A stretch of DNA of 54,400 bases, filler included, from Dirinaria sp. TL-2023a (Eukaryota), in assembly GCA_051941275.1 (NCBI GenBank). It is 4 parts of 4 records of this genome, joined end to end, with 100 filler letters (N's around TTAATTAATTAA, not from the genome) between each part and the next. Parts side by side here need not be neighbours in the genome. Positions count along the whole stretch, not along the records: positions 1 to 13,543 come from JAVEBF010000674.1; 3 more parts are not named here. One strand, given 5' to 3'. A program made the translations under genes and the position numbers. Every line of letters begins with the position of its first letter. The stretch's first letter is position 1. Below the pieces are notes generated by a model that saw only the letters and a program-made list of their open reading frames with translations, was not told where the DNA came from and ran no database searches. This document shows, one piece after another, positions 1 to 11,000 of this stretch.

Positions 1-26
1 TCCTAACCTCTCCACCCCCCTCCCAG

Positions 27-428
27 CGACAACAACGCATCCCGCTCGCGGACTGGACGGCCGCCATAATCGCGACCTCGGAGGAAATCGCATCGACGAT
101 CCATGCGCAGGGACCGGGGGCGCAGCTGCCGCCGCAGGGACGGACGTTCGGGTCTCATTCTCCGGGCAGCAAGTCGTCGTCGCCGGTGGCGCTGCGCGCG
201 ACCCCCTGGTTCGGCGTCTACGGCCGCTTTTATTATCTCACGCTCAGCACAGCCGTCAGCGCCATTTGGCAGATTGTGCTCGAGTCCGAGTGCAGGACGT
301 GGAGTTTTGAGGTTATGATGGGTCAGGGCCGGGGCGTGAAGCAGGGCGCGCATGTGGGCAGTGTGGTGGTTGAGTATTATGGGCGTTCGAGGCGTTTGAG
401 TGGTGGTGGTGGGAGCGGTGTTCGATGA
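27..428 (+). CDS. Last exon of a hypothetical protein, 5'-truncated at the contig start
   Basis: Branch site CTAAC (3-7) and acceptor CAG (24-26) precede an open GC3-rich frame RQQRIPLADWTAAIIATSEEIA...RFYYLTLSTAVSAIWQIVLESECRTWSFEV...HVGSVVVEY ending in TGA at 428. Confidence 0.55.
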   Translation, partial: RQQRIPLADWTAAIIATSEEIASTIHAQGPGAQLPPQGRTFGSHSPGSKSSSPVALRATPWFGVYGRFYYLTLSTAVSAIWQIVLESECRTWSFEVMMGQGRGVKQGAHVGSVVVEYYGRSRRLSGGGGSGVR

Positions 429-625
429 CATGGTTTGCGTTGAGCGGTTCAGCGCTGGGTGACTTTTTTCTTTTGTTGAAAATAGGAGGAAATGGAAATG
501 CTGTGGTGACAACTGCATGATGAGAGCGTTGAGCATCAAATGGGGTTTTCATGAGACGGCGTTAAGACCTTGAAAATCCCTTACTCGGACATTGATACGG
601 ATATCATTATTGCAGTCCGGTGATA

Positions 626-2902
626 TTAGTCGACTCCTTCTCCACCATCGTGAACGCTCTTTTCTGCAAGGTCAATTTTCATTGGGTCGCGACCTAGTTG
701 TTCTCGACGCTCGACATCCCGATCGATCTTCCTGTAAGCCCACTCAAAAGTAGGATACAGAAAGGGTCTCAAATCGAAGCGCTGTCTCATAGTATTAGTC
801 TTATGTAACCCCCAAGAAACAAAGAAGGAAAGGATACATACATTATCATCGGGCGAGTACTGCTCCATGTGCAAACTCGGTGTCAGAACCGTCATCTTAT
901 GCCGATTGATCGCGTATTTGGTGAAGAAGAGTTTCGTCTTGTCTGCAATCTGTCGCGGACTGAGTCCTCGGCCTCCAGCTCCTCCTTCTCCTGCTTGAGG
1001 CTCCGGCTTGCCCCATGTGCTGAGCAGTTTGCAGTAGGCGCCCCACGGGCCAAGTTTGTCATTCTTCCGTGAACGGCCGAATTCGCTCAGCTCCGCGTAG
1101 GTGATGCCCATGTCTGCCTCGTCAGACTGGACATAGGAGGACGTGATAGGCTCCAGCTCTGCGGTCGGGGTAGCGGTAAGGAAGGACTCGAGAATCGGGA
1201 GGTCGAAGTTGCTCTGGGCCCATGCAATGTAGGCCTTGAGATCGGTCTTGGAGATGCCGCCGATGGGGTTGATGTCCGCGGAGCTGCAGTCGTATTTGGT
1301 GAGGTATCCTCTCAACGCTTCGTCGACGTTCGCGGAGCCGAGGACGAGCAGTGAACCTCCACCTTTCCGACGTCGGAAGGTTGGTAGTAGCTGAGCCCAT
1401 AGATATGCGAGTATCATCCGCGTTCGAGCTTGGATGTTTTGCAGTGCAAGGTTTTCGGCTACGCCTCCGCCAGAGGATTTGAATTTAGGCATCCAATTGC
1501 TCCAGCCGTAGAAGACTTTCACAATCGCTGTCGTTATGGTATCAATATCGATATTAACGTGGTAAGCGCCAATCGCTTGAGCTAGGTCCTTTGCTCGTTT
1601 CCTAGTATCGAAAGAGGAATTGCTCGATCCCATGTAAGCAGTACAGAAAATCGCACGTGCGAATTCTTCGGGTGCTCTAGGTATCCATTCCGGATCGTCA
1701 GCTTTGCCTACTACTTGCTTTGCATCATTAATAACTTGCTCGTTGCCGTCATGTATCGCTGCTACGACAAGCCGGCACATTGAGAACACTATGACCGACG
1801 TAGCACACGAATCAATTCCACCCGACAGAGGAATAAAAAAGCCCGCAGCATGAGATCTGCGTAGATAGTCCCAAAGCCAGCACGCACCACCCAGGGCGAT
1901 TTCTTCCTCAGGGGTATGATACTCAAGGTCGATAGGCTCAGAGGCGCCTTCTGTTTCGGATTCACGCTCCTCTGCACGCTTGGAAAGTCGGACGTCTAGT
2001 TCGATCCGTGGGTATTTGGGGGCTTGTTGTGATTGCATGCCTCTGCTAGGAGAGCTTCTGAACGTACGCACATCTTCAATATCTATCGTTGCAGTCACCA
2101 CTTCAACATCTGACAGTGAGAATTGGCTCCCGCAAGCCAGTATCTTGCCGTTGCAGATTATCATGCTGGAGCCGTCGTAGAAGAGCCTATCGCCGTCACA
2201 GCCTTTCTGGTTGCTATAGAGATATATGCCTCCTGACTTCTTCGTGGCTTCGATAATAAGATCCAGTCGTGTTTTTAATTTCCTCAGTTCGAAATGGCTG
2301 CCGCTCGAGTTGGTGAAGATTTCTACTCCGTCTAATCCCATCGGCCCATGCGGCGCAGCTGGAGTGAATAGCTCTTCGCAGGTCTCACAAGCAAAGCAGG
2401 TATCCTTGGTCGATATGATCCCATCGCCGAATGGTACCTTGCTCTGTCCCGTGATTGTACCTACGATGCTCTCAAGGTAGTAATCCTCGACGTGACCTTG
2501 CCTCATCCATGGAGTAAAATATCGCATCTCGCGGTAATTACCATCATTAGCCAGCCACATCTTAGGGCGTATGAGAACGATTTTGCGGTTGTAGCAGATC
2601 ACCCGGCAGTTGTATCGGACATTTTTGTGGCGAACTGGCATCCCCACATCCAGGACAATATCCTGGCAGTCAGGGTGGTCAATCACTTCCGCCAGTGATT
2701 CCCAGGAGTGGAGGAAGACATCTCCCTCGAGGAAGTGGTCGAGACATCCGTAGCCAGTCACTTCCAGTTCAGAGCCAACACGCAAAGAAGCACCGGCAGC
2801 TTTTGCTCTCTTGATGCTTTCGATAATCCGTTTTCTATTTCCAACGAAGTCTAGAGCCCACTGATTGAGCGAGCACGTCGCCAGGGTCACGAGATGCGCC
2901 AT
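626..2902 (-). CDS. QNS1: Glutamine-dependent NAD+ synthetase
   Basis: Nitrilase-like N-terminus (CSLNQWALDF, ELE/RPK/CEE catalytic triad) plus synthetase motifs SGGIDS, ENLALQNIQAR, GYLTKYDCSSADINPIG and PTAELEP. One intron at 782-841 (GTATGT..CTAAT..CAG) restores SPDDN|RFDLRPFL. Confidence 0.97.
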   Translation of the reverse strand: MAHLVTLATCSLNQWALDFVGNRKRIIESIKRAKAAGASLRVGSELEVTGYGCLDHFLEGDVFLHSWESLAEVIDHPDCQDIVLDVGMPVRHKNVRYNCRVICYNRKIVLIRPKMWLANDGNYREMRYFTPWMRQGHVEDYYLESIVGTITGQSKVPFGDGIISTKDTCFACETCEELFTPAAPHGPMGLDGVEIFTNSSGSHFELRKLKTRLDLIIEATKKSGGIYLYSNQKGCDGDRLFYDGSSMIICNGKILACGSQFSLSDVEVVTATIDIEDVRTFRSSPSRGMQSQQAPKYPRIELDVRLSKRAEERESETEGASEPIDLEYHTPEEEIALGGACWLWDYLRRSHAAGFFIPLSGGIDSCATSVIVFSMCRLVVAAIHDGNEQVINDAKQVVGKADDPEWIPRAPEEFARAIFCTAYMGSSNSSFDTRKRAKDLAQAIGAYHVNIDIDTITTAIVKVFYGWSNWMPKFKSSGGGVAENLALQNIQARTRMILAYLWAQLLPTFRRRKGGGSLLVLGSANVDEALRGYLTKYDCSSADINPIGGISKTDLKAYIAWAQSNFDLPILESFLTATPTAELEPITSSYVQSDEADMGITYAELSEFGRSRKNDKLGPWGAYCKLLSTWGKPEPQAGEGGAGGRGLSPRQIADKTKLFFTKYAINRHKMTVLTPSLHMEQYSPDDNVCILSFFVSWGLHKTNTMRQRFDLRPFLYPTFEWAYRKIDRDVERREQLGRDPMKIDLAEKSVHDGGEGVD

Positions 2903-3867
2903 TGGGGCACCGGATTAAAGCAAGGTAAAAACGGCAGCGGAAAAGGGAAGTAAAGGACGGAAGAAAACGATCCGATACCTTATACGGTACCAGACAAATC
3001 TAAGTGCAGAGAGTCCGAATGAGGGAATTAAGGCCCAAGGTACGCATCCGAGTTACGGAACCACAAAGAACATCCCTGAGACTTTCACTTGGGCACTTGG
3101 TTGCTTCATTATACAAGCTCTGCTTGATTGAATGATTCGAAGATGAATTGCGTCTGAAAAGGTAACCGGGATAAAAGCTCTGTGTACGAAATTATATCTT
3201 ATCCTCAATGCAGCAAACTGTCAAAGAATTATTGCGATAATCATAAGGTCTGATGCTGGTTTTCGGATCTCTATTACTCATCGAAGGATGAAGCACGAAT
3301 ATGGAGGATTTACTCGCTCGAATACCTTACCTATTCCTCTTGTGTATATCCTTAACCCTAAAATGGCCAAGAGGTGATAACCTACATCCGTTAGAAGATC
3401 CTTACCCATAGTAGTAGCTATTCTACAACCCGGGCCAAAAAAGGTGCTCTTTCCATAAGTGCGTCAATCAATTTCTCTCTCTCAGCATTGACCACGTGCC
3501 TGTTCGACGACGAGGGCGCTTCAAAGATAGACCAGTTCCACTGTCATATCGTGAACACGGGTTTGTCATGAATTACGAGCAGGCTTGAAATGAGCATCCA
3601 GCACGAGCACGAGCTATAATATGAGAAGTCAGTAAGGTGCCAGGCAAACCCAAGAAAGCAGAAACAATGTCACAAGGTCACTCGACTCAATTCCCAAAAT
3701 AGATAACCTGAATGGATGTATTAGACTTTTGTTGTATATGTACGCCGTTATTAATTCTAGTAGTGATTGAGCCTCTCGTATGCTCAATTATGTTCTAAAA
3801 ACCCTCTATGTCTATGTCCCGTCTAACCAAGTCCAAACTCCGTGATCAAGCAATCGTCGTCCTCCAT

Positions 3868-4355
3868 TCACAAGAAGTACGCGGTCAGAGCAGCCAAGAA
3901 AGTCCCAAGCGCGGAAGAGGTGGAGAAGATGGAGGCCGCGCCGTTCTCGAGACCGTTGCGACTCATACTGCCGGTAGCAACGGGCGGAAGTTCGTTGGAG
4001 CTCGCAGAAACCTCGCTGGTGTCCGTGGGGACCGACGCGGACCCATCCCCTGTCGCGGTCGGGGCGCTGTAGTAGTCACCCGCCGATTTCGGATCGTCAT
4101 TAGAAGCCTCTTTCAGCGCACCGACGAATCTGGGATGAATGTAAGCCTTGGGGGTTCAGCTGGTGTCGCAGGAGTGACGGACGCATCGAGCGAAGCGTTC
4201 TGACCCTGCCCAGGACTGGCTTGAGGCACTGTTGTGGGCAGATCGCGAGGAGTGTAAACGACGCCGTTGGTAACTGACGTGCCGTTGTCCGGTATAGGCG
4301 CGAGGCCGAGCACGGTGCCAGTTGCTGCCAGAATGAGAAGGTTTTGGATCTGCAT
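3868..4355 (-). CDS. Small Ser/Thr/Pro-rich secreted protein, probably GPI-anchored
   Basis: Signal peptide MQIQNLLILAATGTVLG. One ~59-nt intron (GTCGGT..CTACAG) joins exon 1 to APTATGDG...NGAASIFSTSSALGTFLAALTAYFL*, a GPI-signal-like hydrophobic tail. Confidence 0.7.
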
Positions 4356-5131
4356 GTTTGCCTTGAGAGAAATGGACCGAGGAGACTTTGAGTGCAAAGA
4401 TGGAAGAGAGCTGCAAAGAAGGCCTCACGAGATATACGATGTCCGGAGAATTAGGAGGAAAGAATTAGGAGGAAAGAGGTCTTGTTGCTATTGCAGAGTG
4501 GTCCAAGAGTAGCCTGGGGTAGCTATAATATTTGTTTGAATAAGGCAAAAGCCAAGACGCCTCTGTTGAATAGAAAATAGGCTTGTTGGACAGGATGCCC
4601 ATATCCTGGTGGAGAACGTTGCCATAGCCATTCCGAAGCCCTTTGCTCAAGGGTGGTTTATTGGGCGGAAATGATGTTATAGCCTGGCAATTAAGCCCAA
4701 AAAGGTACTACTTGCCACTCAATTGCGACTGTTCAGTATGTCTCTGCCGCGTAAGCCTTCAGATAAAGCTTGTGATACACCTATCAGTATGTTGGGAAAC
4801 TCTTCTTCCCGCCCGCCGCCCCTTCCATGTTTTGGCGCGAGGGACCCGTGGGAACAGTGGACCGGGAAGACGACGGCTTCCCTGAGCTTCCTTTGCTCAA
4901 CAAACCCTTGAATCATAAGCTCCAGTAACCCTTATAGTTATCAGGGAAAGAGTAATATATTGCTGAACCTGAATATCCAATTGGGGATGGGCTGTATGAT
5001 TTGTGGCGTTTCCGGGATAATGCTTTACTGGCTGGAGAGAGAGACCGTCAAGGGCGCACTCAGCGACAGAGAAACTATTCTGCATGTCCGACATTGCCGT
5101 TGTAGGGTGGGAGCAGTGGCCGTCGATATTC

Positions 5132-6096
5132 TTACGCGTCCTTGTAAAGCCTCTTGACTTCGGCCACTAAGTCTTTAGGTTCGGTCCCGCCATCACAGCC
5201 CTTCCACGCCGCCCCGTCACGAACGCACCACTTTTTCCCTGCTACTCTGACTGTACAACTTCGCTTCACATCGGCATCTTCGCTGCGCTCCACACTTGCG
5301 CGAAGTAAATCCAAACCCTTGCCCTCCTCGCTCACACAGCTGTTCAGGGCTTCGAATGCAATGCCGTGCTCCAAAGCACAATTCTCGACAAGATCGCGCT
5401 CTGGTATACGGGAGTAGGAGAGTACGAGACACGTAGTAAAGCCAAGGGAAACCACCGTGTTGTTTGGGAAAAGGTCCTTGGCGCACAATGAGAGCATGTT
5501 CCCTAAGCATTCCGTAGGTCCGTGTTTGCAGCCAATTGTATCGTCTGGCTCAATTCTGTATTTGTGACGTACATTAGCAACCAGGAATATTCTGTTCGGA
5601 GTTCTTTACGTCTACAAAACGCTCCGGTGAGAATCGGGATAACCGCAAAGCGCATTGCAGTGCGCTGCCCGACCCAATTACCATCGGCCACTTACTTCCC
5701 AATAAATGAAAGATTGAAGGCCACCATGTCAACAACCTGCTCCATTGCAGGCACCACAAGATCTCTGAGGCAGTCCCGTGCGTCAGGACACTTGGACATT
5801 ATGTGAGCTTCAAGTGGGACGAGTCCGGAGCTATTCGATGTTGACGATATTGCCTTCTGCGCCTGATCAACTAAATGATATGGTTGATGCTTGATGACTG
5901 AAGCTCTTGCAAGAGTTCGTTTGTCGTATGTCATATGGGTGAAGAGGAGCCATATTACGAGAAGCGTTGGAAAGGCGACAAGAGAGAGGCGGCGTGTCCG
6001 AGAGAGTCTGGATCCTGACATTTTGCTTTGATGTTCCCAATGTTGTGAATACTGCTCGTCGGCTGCCCAGAGCTCTTGCTTCTCGTTCCTTGACAT
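5132..6096 (-). CDS. GILT-family (gamma-interferon-inducible lysosomal thiol reductase-like) protein with an N-terminal membrane anchor
   Basis: Motifs VPLEAHIMSKCPDARDC and CKHGPTECLGN, plus SCTVRV..WCVRDG..W. Intron at 5556-5695. Confidence 0.88.
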
Positions 6097-6470
6097 GTGT
6101 ATGGTTGCTACTCCGTACAGTCCGTGGTCACATTGAACGCAGCGAAGTGTGGCTAAAGTAAGGTAGATTCGGTAAGGTGTGTACCCTGACACAACCCTAC
6201 TCTAATCGTCGAGCGTCCAATAAGTCCGATTATATCCGTCTTAACTCCGTTTATCATATTCGTCTCTAAGAGGAAGGATTGATCGACTGTGGATTAATAA
6301 TCGCTGATGTTCTTCCAGTGACAGCGGAATCAAGGCCGATAGGCGCAATTATCATTCTACGTATAAGTATATGAGCATTTGCTCTAATCATATATGAAGC
6401 CTCAATTGGTTAAACCTTTTCAGTCACAGAAGTCACGGACAAGAAATACAAAGACAGAGACAAGGCAAAG

Positions 6471-7439
6471 ATGCAGGACCACGCACTGATAGGGAAAGCC
6501 AAGGACATACCAACCACCGTACCTACTTCTGTTGTCTCGATCGGTCCAGTGGTATTATCTGTTCCAGGACGAGTCGTTGATTTGCACCTACGAGTTTCCG
6601 CCCCGACAAGTGGGCGCGATCTACCCATAATTCTTCTCTCGCATGGCCAGGGATTCTCAAACCATCTGTCTTCCATGAATGGCTACGCGCCTCTTGTCGA
6701 TTTCTGGGCCTCTCACGGCTTCGTCGTAATCCAGCCAACCCATTTGAGTTCAAAGTCGCTAAGCCTCGATCCGAAGACTCCCGGAGCGCCTGTGTTCTGG
6801 AGGTCGCGCGTGGAGGACATGAAGCAGATCCTCGATCAGCTCGACCGGATTGAAGCTTATCTCCCAGAGATCCAAGGCCGCCTCGACCGAAGCCGGATCA
6901 CTGTAGCGGGACACTCCATGGGTGGACATACGGCAAGTATGTTATTAGGCATGCGCCTTACCGACCCCGAAGACGGGACAATAGTAGACCTGGCCGAACC
7001 TCGCATAAAAGCCGGGGTACTGTTCGGAGCACCCGGTAGTGGTGGTGCCGATCTCAGCGCTTTCACGACAGAGAACTACCCCTTTTTCCGGCATCCCAGC
7101 TTTGCAGAGATGACGACGCCAGCCCTTGTAGTCGCGGGCGACAGCGACGTGAATCCACGTCTGACCGTTCGAGGGGCGGACTGGCATGTAACTCCCTATT
7201 CTCTCAGCCCCGGCCCCAAATCTTTGCTCACTTTGGTCGGCGGAAAACACGGGCTCGGCGGTATTTCTGGATATGATGTGGCTGAGACGACAGACGAGAG
7301 CCCCGAACGAGTGGCTGTCGTCCAGCGGCTTACCTGGGCTTACCTCCGCAGTATCCTCGATCATAAAGACTCCGCTTGGTCTGCAGCATGTAGGGCATTC
7401 GAAGGTCTCGGTGAAATTGGACGCGTGGAAAACAAATGA
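6471..7439 (+). CDS. Alpha/beta hydrolase, chlorophyllase/PAF-acetylhydrolase-like
   Basis: Intronless 322-aa ORF with SHG oxyanion segment, GHSMGG nucleophile, GDSD acid and HGLGG histidine motif. Confidence 0.88.
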   Translation: MQDHALIGKAKDIPTTVPTSVVSIGPVVLSVPGRVVDLHLRVSAPTSGRDLPIILLSHGQGFSNHLSSMNGYAPLVDFWASHGFVVIQPTHLSSKSLSLDPKTPGAPVFWRSRVEDMKQILDQLDRIEAYLPEIQGRLDRSRITVAGHSMGGHTASMLLGMRLTDPEDGTIVDLAEPRIKAGVLFGAPGSGGADLSAFTTENYPFFRHPSFAEMTTPALVVAGDSDVNPRLTVRGADWHVTPYSLSPGPKSLLTLVGGKHGLGGISGYDVAETTDESPERVAVVQRLTWAYLRSILDHKDSAWSAACRAFEGLGEIGRVENK

Positions 7440-8045
7440 AATATAAGCTGGCAGGCCTTTGGAGGGAAGCTGGCTCGTCTAGACAATAACACGAATGCCT
7501 CCCAAACCAAAAGGAGAACAGTAGATTGAGTCCTACCGTACCAATGCGGTGTCAGGCTTTGGGGAGTGACAAATAATCCCGCGACAGGATAGCTGTTCTG
7601 ATACATTGTCTTGCATCACATGTAGACCGTGAACAAATACGCTGATGAGCTGCTGATGACCCTCTGGCCACACGCACTGTTGCATGCTGGAGTGGAGATG
7701 GTCTCGATGGTCTCTCGAGACCCGCAAATCTTATCGACGGTTCTCGGTAGAATAGGCCGGGCCGGGTGCCGCTCCGACCTGGAAAAGCAGCCAAAGGGAT
7801 ACTCTTCACTTTTAGTTATCAAGTATTGGACTCAAGTGAACACCCATTGTCAGAGATTATTTACTAAACAGTAGGGACTATCTGGCCAAGTTTTTATCTA
7901 CAGCAGGATCGCACTTGGTATATACAGAGAATATCGATAGAAATTAAAGTTTTGCCTCCTTTTTGACCCCCCCTTTTTTTAAAACCCCCCTGCTATGCGA
8001 GCATTTTCATACTCTCCCATGTCATCATATCAAATGGTTCCTTCA

Positions 8046-11000
8046 TCAAGCTTCCTCATCGCTCTCATTCTCCGCTACATCGTCATGAAAAGTCTTGCCT
8101 TCCGTAGTCGGTTTGATCATGCCGCAGCGGATCGTGAAGTCGCCAAAATGTTCGCCTTCCTTCCTCTCCAAAGCATATCGCTTGATTAAGGGTTTCATGA
8201 TACCCAATATCTCCTCTTCGCCGATGGAACTGCGGTACAGTTTATTGAGGCGCTGGCCGTGGTAGCCACCTCCCAGATACATGTTGTACGCCTGGTAAGC
8301 TTTGCCGACGAAGGCGACTTCGGCCAGCCATGGCCTCGCGCAGCCGTTCGGGCAGCCCGTCATCCGCATCACGATGCTGTCGTGCTTCAAGCCATTCTCC
8401 TCGAGGCAATCTTCGAGCTTGGTGATCAGCTCGGGCAGATACCGTTCCGATTCCGCCATTGCGAGACCGCAGGTGGGGAACGCCACACAGGCGGACGAGC
8501 TTAAGCGCAGGCCGGAGAACTGCACGTTGTCAAGCTTGTACTTCTTCATCATACCCTTGATGTCATCTAGATCATCGTCATGGACACTTGACAAGCAAAG
8601 ATGCTGGTTCGGCGTCAATCGGAACTCTCCTTTGTGCACCTTGGCGATCTCGCGTAGACCTGTCTTCATTGGGAACTCGGCCGTGTCTTCCACTCGACCG
8701 TTCTCGATGAAGAAGGTGAAGTGATTCATCCCATTTTCATCTTTCTGCCAGCCAAATGTATCTATGTTTGACTTGAATTGGAACGGTCTTGGCTCCTCGA
8801 AGTTGTAGCCCAGGAGTTCCTCAACTTTCCCTCTGAAGACATCAACGCCCATGTCGTCGATAGTGTATTTTAGACGAGCATGCTTGCGGTCCTTGCGGTC
8901 ACCATTATCGCGCTGAACCAGCATGATCTTCTCACATACAATGTGGATCCGGTCGGCGGAAGCGTAGCCCATCATGCTTCCTGTGCGAGGGTAGGTCTTT
9001 TTATTGTTGTGAGTGGCACCCATGCCGCCCCCAACCAATACATTGAAGCCTTGCAGGCGGTTGTTGGCGCCCTTGATGGCGATCAGACCTATATCATGTG
9101 CATATACATCTGTGTCATTGTGAGGTGGAACAGCAATAGTGATCTTGAACTTCCTCGGAAGATATGTCGGTCCATAGAGAGGTTCTTGATCAACTACAGC
9201 GTTACCGGCGACCTGCGTCTGCTTCTCGTTTTCATCCTTCAGCCATATCTCGTGGTAGGCCGTCGTAGAAGGCAGAAGATGATCGCTAATCTTAGCTGAG
9301 ATTTGGTGCACGTCACGGTGGAAGGCCGATTGTGTCGGTAGAACACTGCACATGATGTTGCGATTAACATCACCGCAAGCAGCAATAGTTGTCATAAGGG
9401 CTTTGTTGATACCCCTCATCGCGGACTTCAGCTTCGTCTTTACCACACCATGGAACTGGAAGGTCTGGCGAGTGGTCATTTTCATCGTACCGTTGCCATA
9501 GGAGCTGCTGATTGAGTCCATTTGTAACCACTGAGACGGAGTCGCCACACCACCGTTGAGTCTGCATCGAATCATGAAAATGTACGCAGGCTCCAAACCC
9601 TGGGCCTTGCGCTCATCTCGAAGATCCCGGTCGTCTTGCTGATACGTACCATGAAATTTCGTGAGCTGCTGATCAGAGGCGGCAATTGCTCCGGTCGTTG
9701 TATCTTGAAGCCCCTCAGCAATGGTACCTCGCAGAAAGTTTGACTGGATTTTGATGTCCTCATTCGTAATCGGTGCTGGCTCTTCCGGAAGCCCTTCAAC
9801 TTTGTCAACGCCAAGCGCTTGCCACAAGTTCGGCTCCCACTCGTTATAGCCTGTATGATAATTGTCTGGATCCTGATCGTCGCCAAGACCAATTTCGGTC
9901 AATCGCTTACCTCCCAAGAAAGCCACTCTTGAGTCTAAGTCTTTTCCCGGCTTGTTGTAATAGATCTTGTCTTCCTTCCGTGGCCAGTAGTGGCTATCAC
10001 CAAGCGCAAATACGGCGAATTTGATCTGCGAAAGGTCTATCTCCGCATTCGACTTGATCGCCTCCCAAAACCCGCGTCCATTCTGAGGGATTTCCCCCTG
10101 CCCAGCAGTACTGGTGATCAGCACGACATTCTCCTCCGTCGCAAGGTCCTCCATTGGGTAGTCATCCATTGCCATAACCATAGTCTTGAGCCCCCTAGCT
10201 TTACCTCTTCGCCCTAACCTCTGAGCAAGACTTTCCGCATTACCATTATCTGAAGCAAACAAGATTGTCAACGGAGCTCCGTAGAGACTCTCGAGCATTT
10301 TCTCGTATGCGTTCTTAGCTTTCCGCTTCTGCAGAGCGCGCACTTCAGTGCCAAACGACCCTGATAGATTCGCCGAGAGGTCGGGATGTCTGTTCATTAG
10401 CTGGGTCAACAGGTTGTCACGTTTTAGAAAATCCTCAAGCTCGTGCTTGATACGCTCCGAGTCCAGGGAGAAGTTTGGCTGGCCCTTGTCCTCGTTAAAC
10501 GGATTCCATCGGTATAAAGGCCAATACCCTAGATCCACTGCCTTCTTAGTTTCCTGCAACACCGTTAAAGGCGAATCGTCTTCTTGATTGTACGGGAGAT
10601 ACGCCACGACCACCGATGGTCCTTGGAACCGGTCGGCTTCGATCATAGCCTCCAGTACCTGCGTGTACGAACTATAGACAGCCACTGATGCCACATAGGC
10701 ATTACCAAAATTCATAGCGTAAAGTCCGATGTCCTTCTTCCTCCTTGTAGCGTCAGCCGCCGCTCGTTCTGAGTATGGCTGAGAATCGATGATCAGCATG
10801 TTGATATTGGCACCTGAAGCCAAAACATGGTGAACGCCTGAGTTGCCTAGATCGTATGCCCAAGCGTCCGAGCCTATCAACCATTGAGATTCATGATAGA
10901 AAAGCCCTCTAGTTGATAGAAGCTGTGAAGATAGAGGCGAGCCATCAGCACTCAGCCGTGCAATTACTTCGGGAGCAAGATTGTTTGCCTTGCTTGGATC

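Noticed and set aside
3..539. 178-aa minus-strand ORF
   Set aside because: It has no recognisable motifs and is probably the antisense shadow of the GC-rich plus-strand exon.
7440..8000. Possible gene relic downstream of the hydrolase
   Set aside because: Only short ORFs with no recognisable family.
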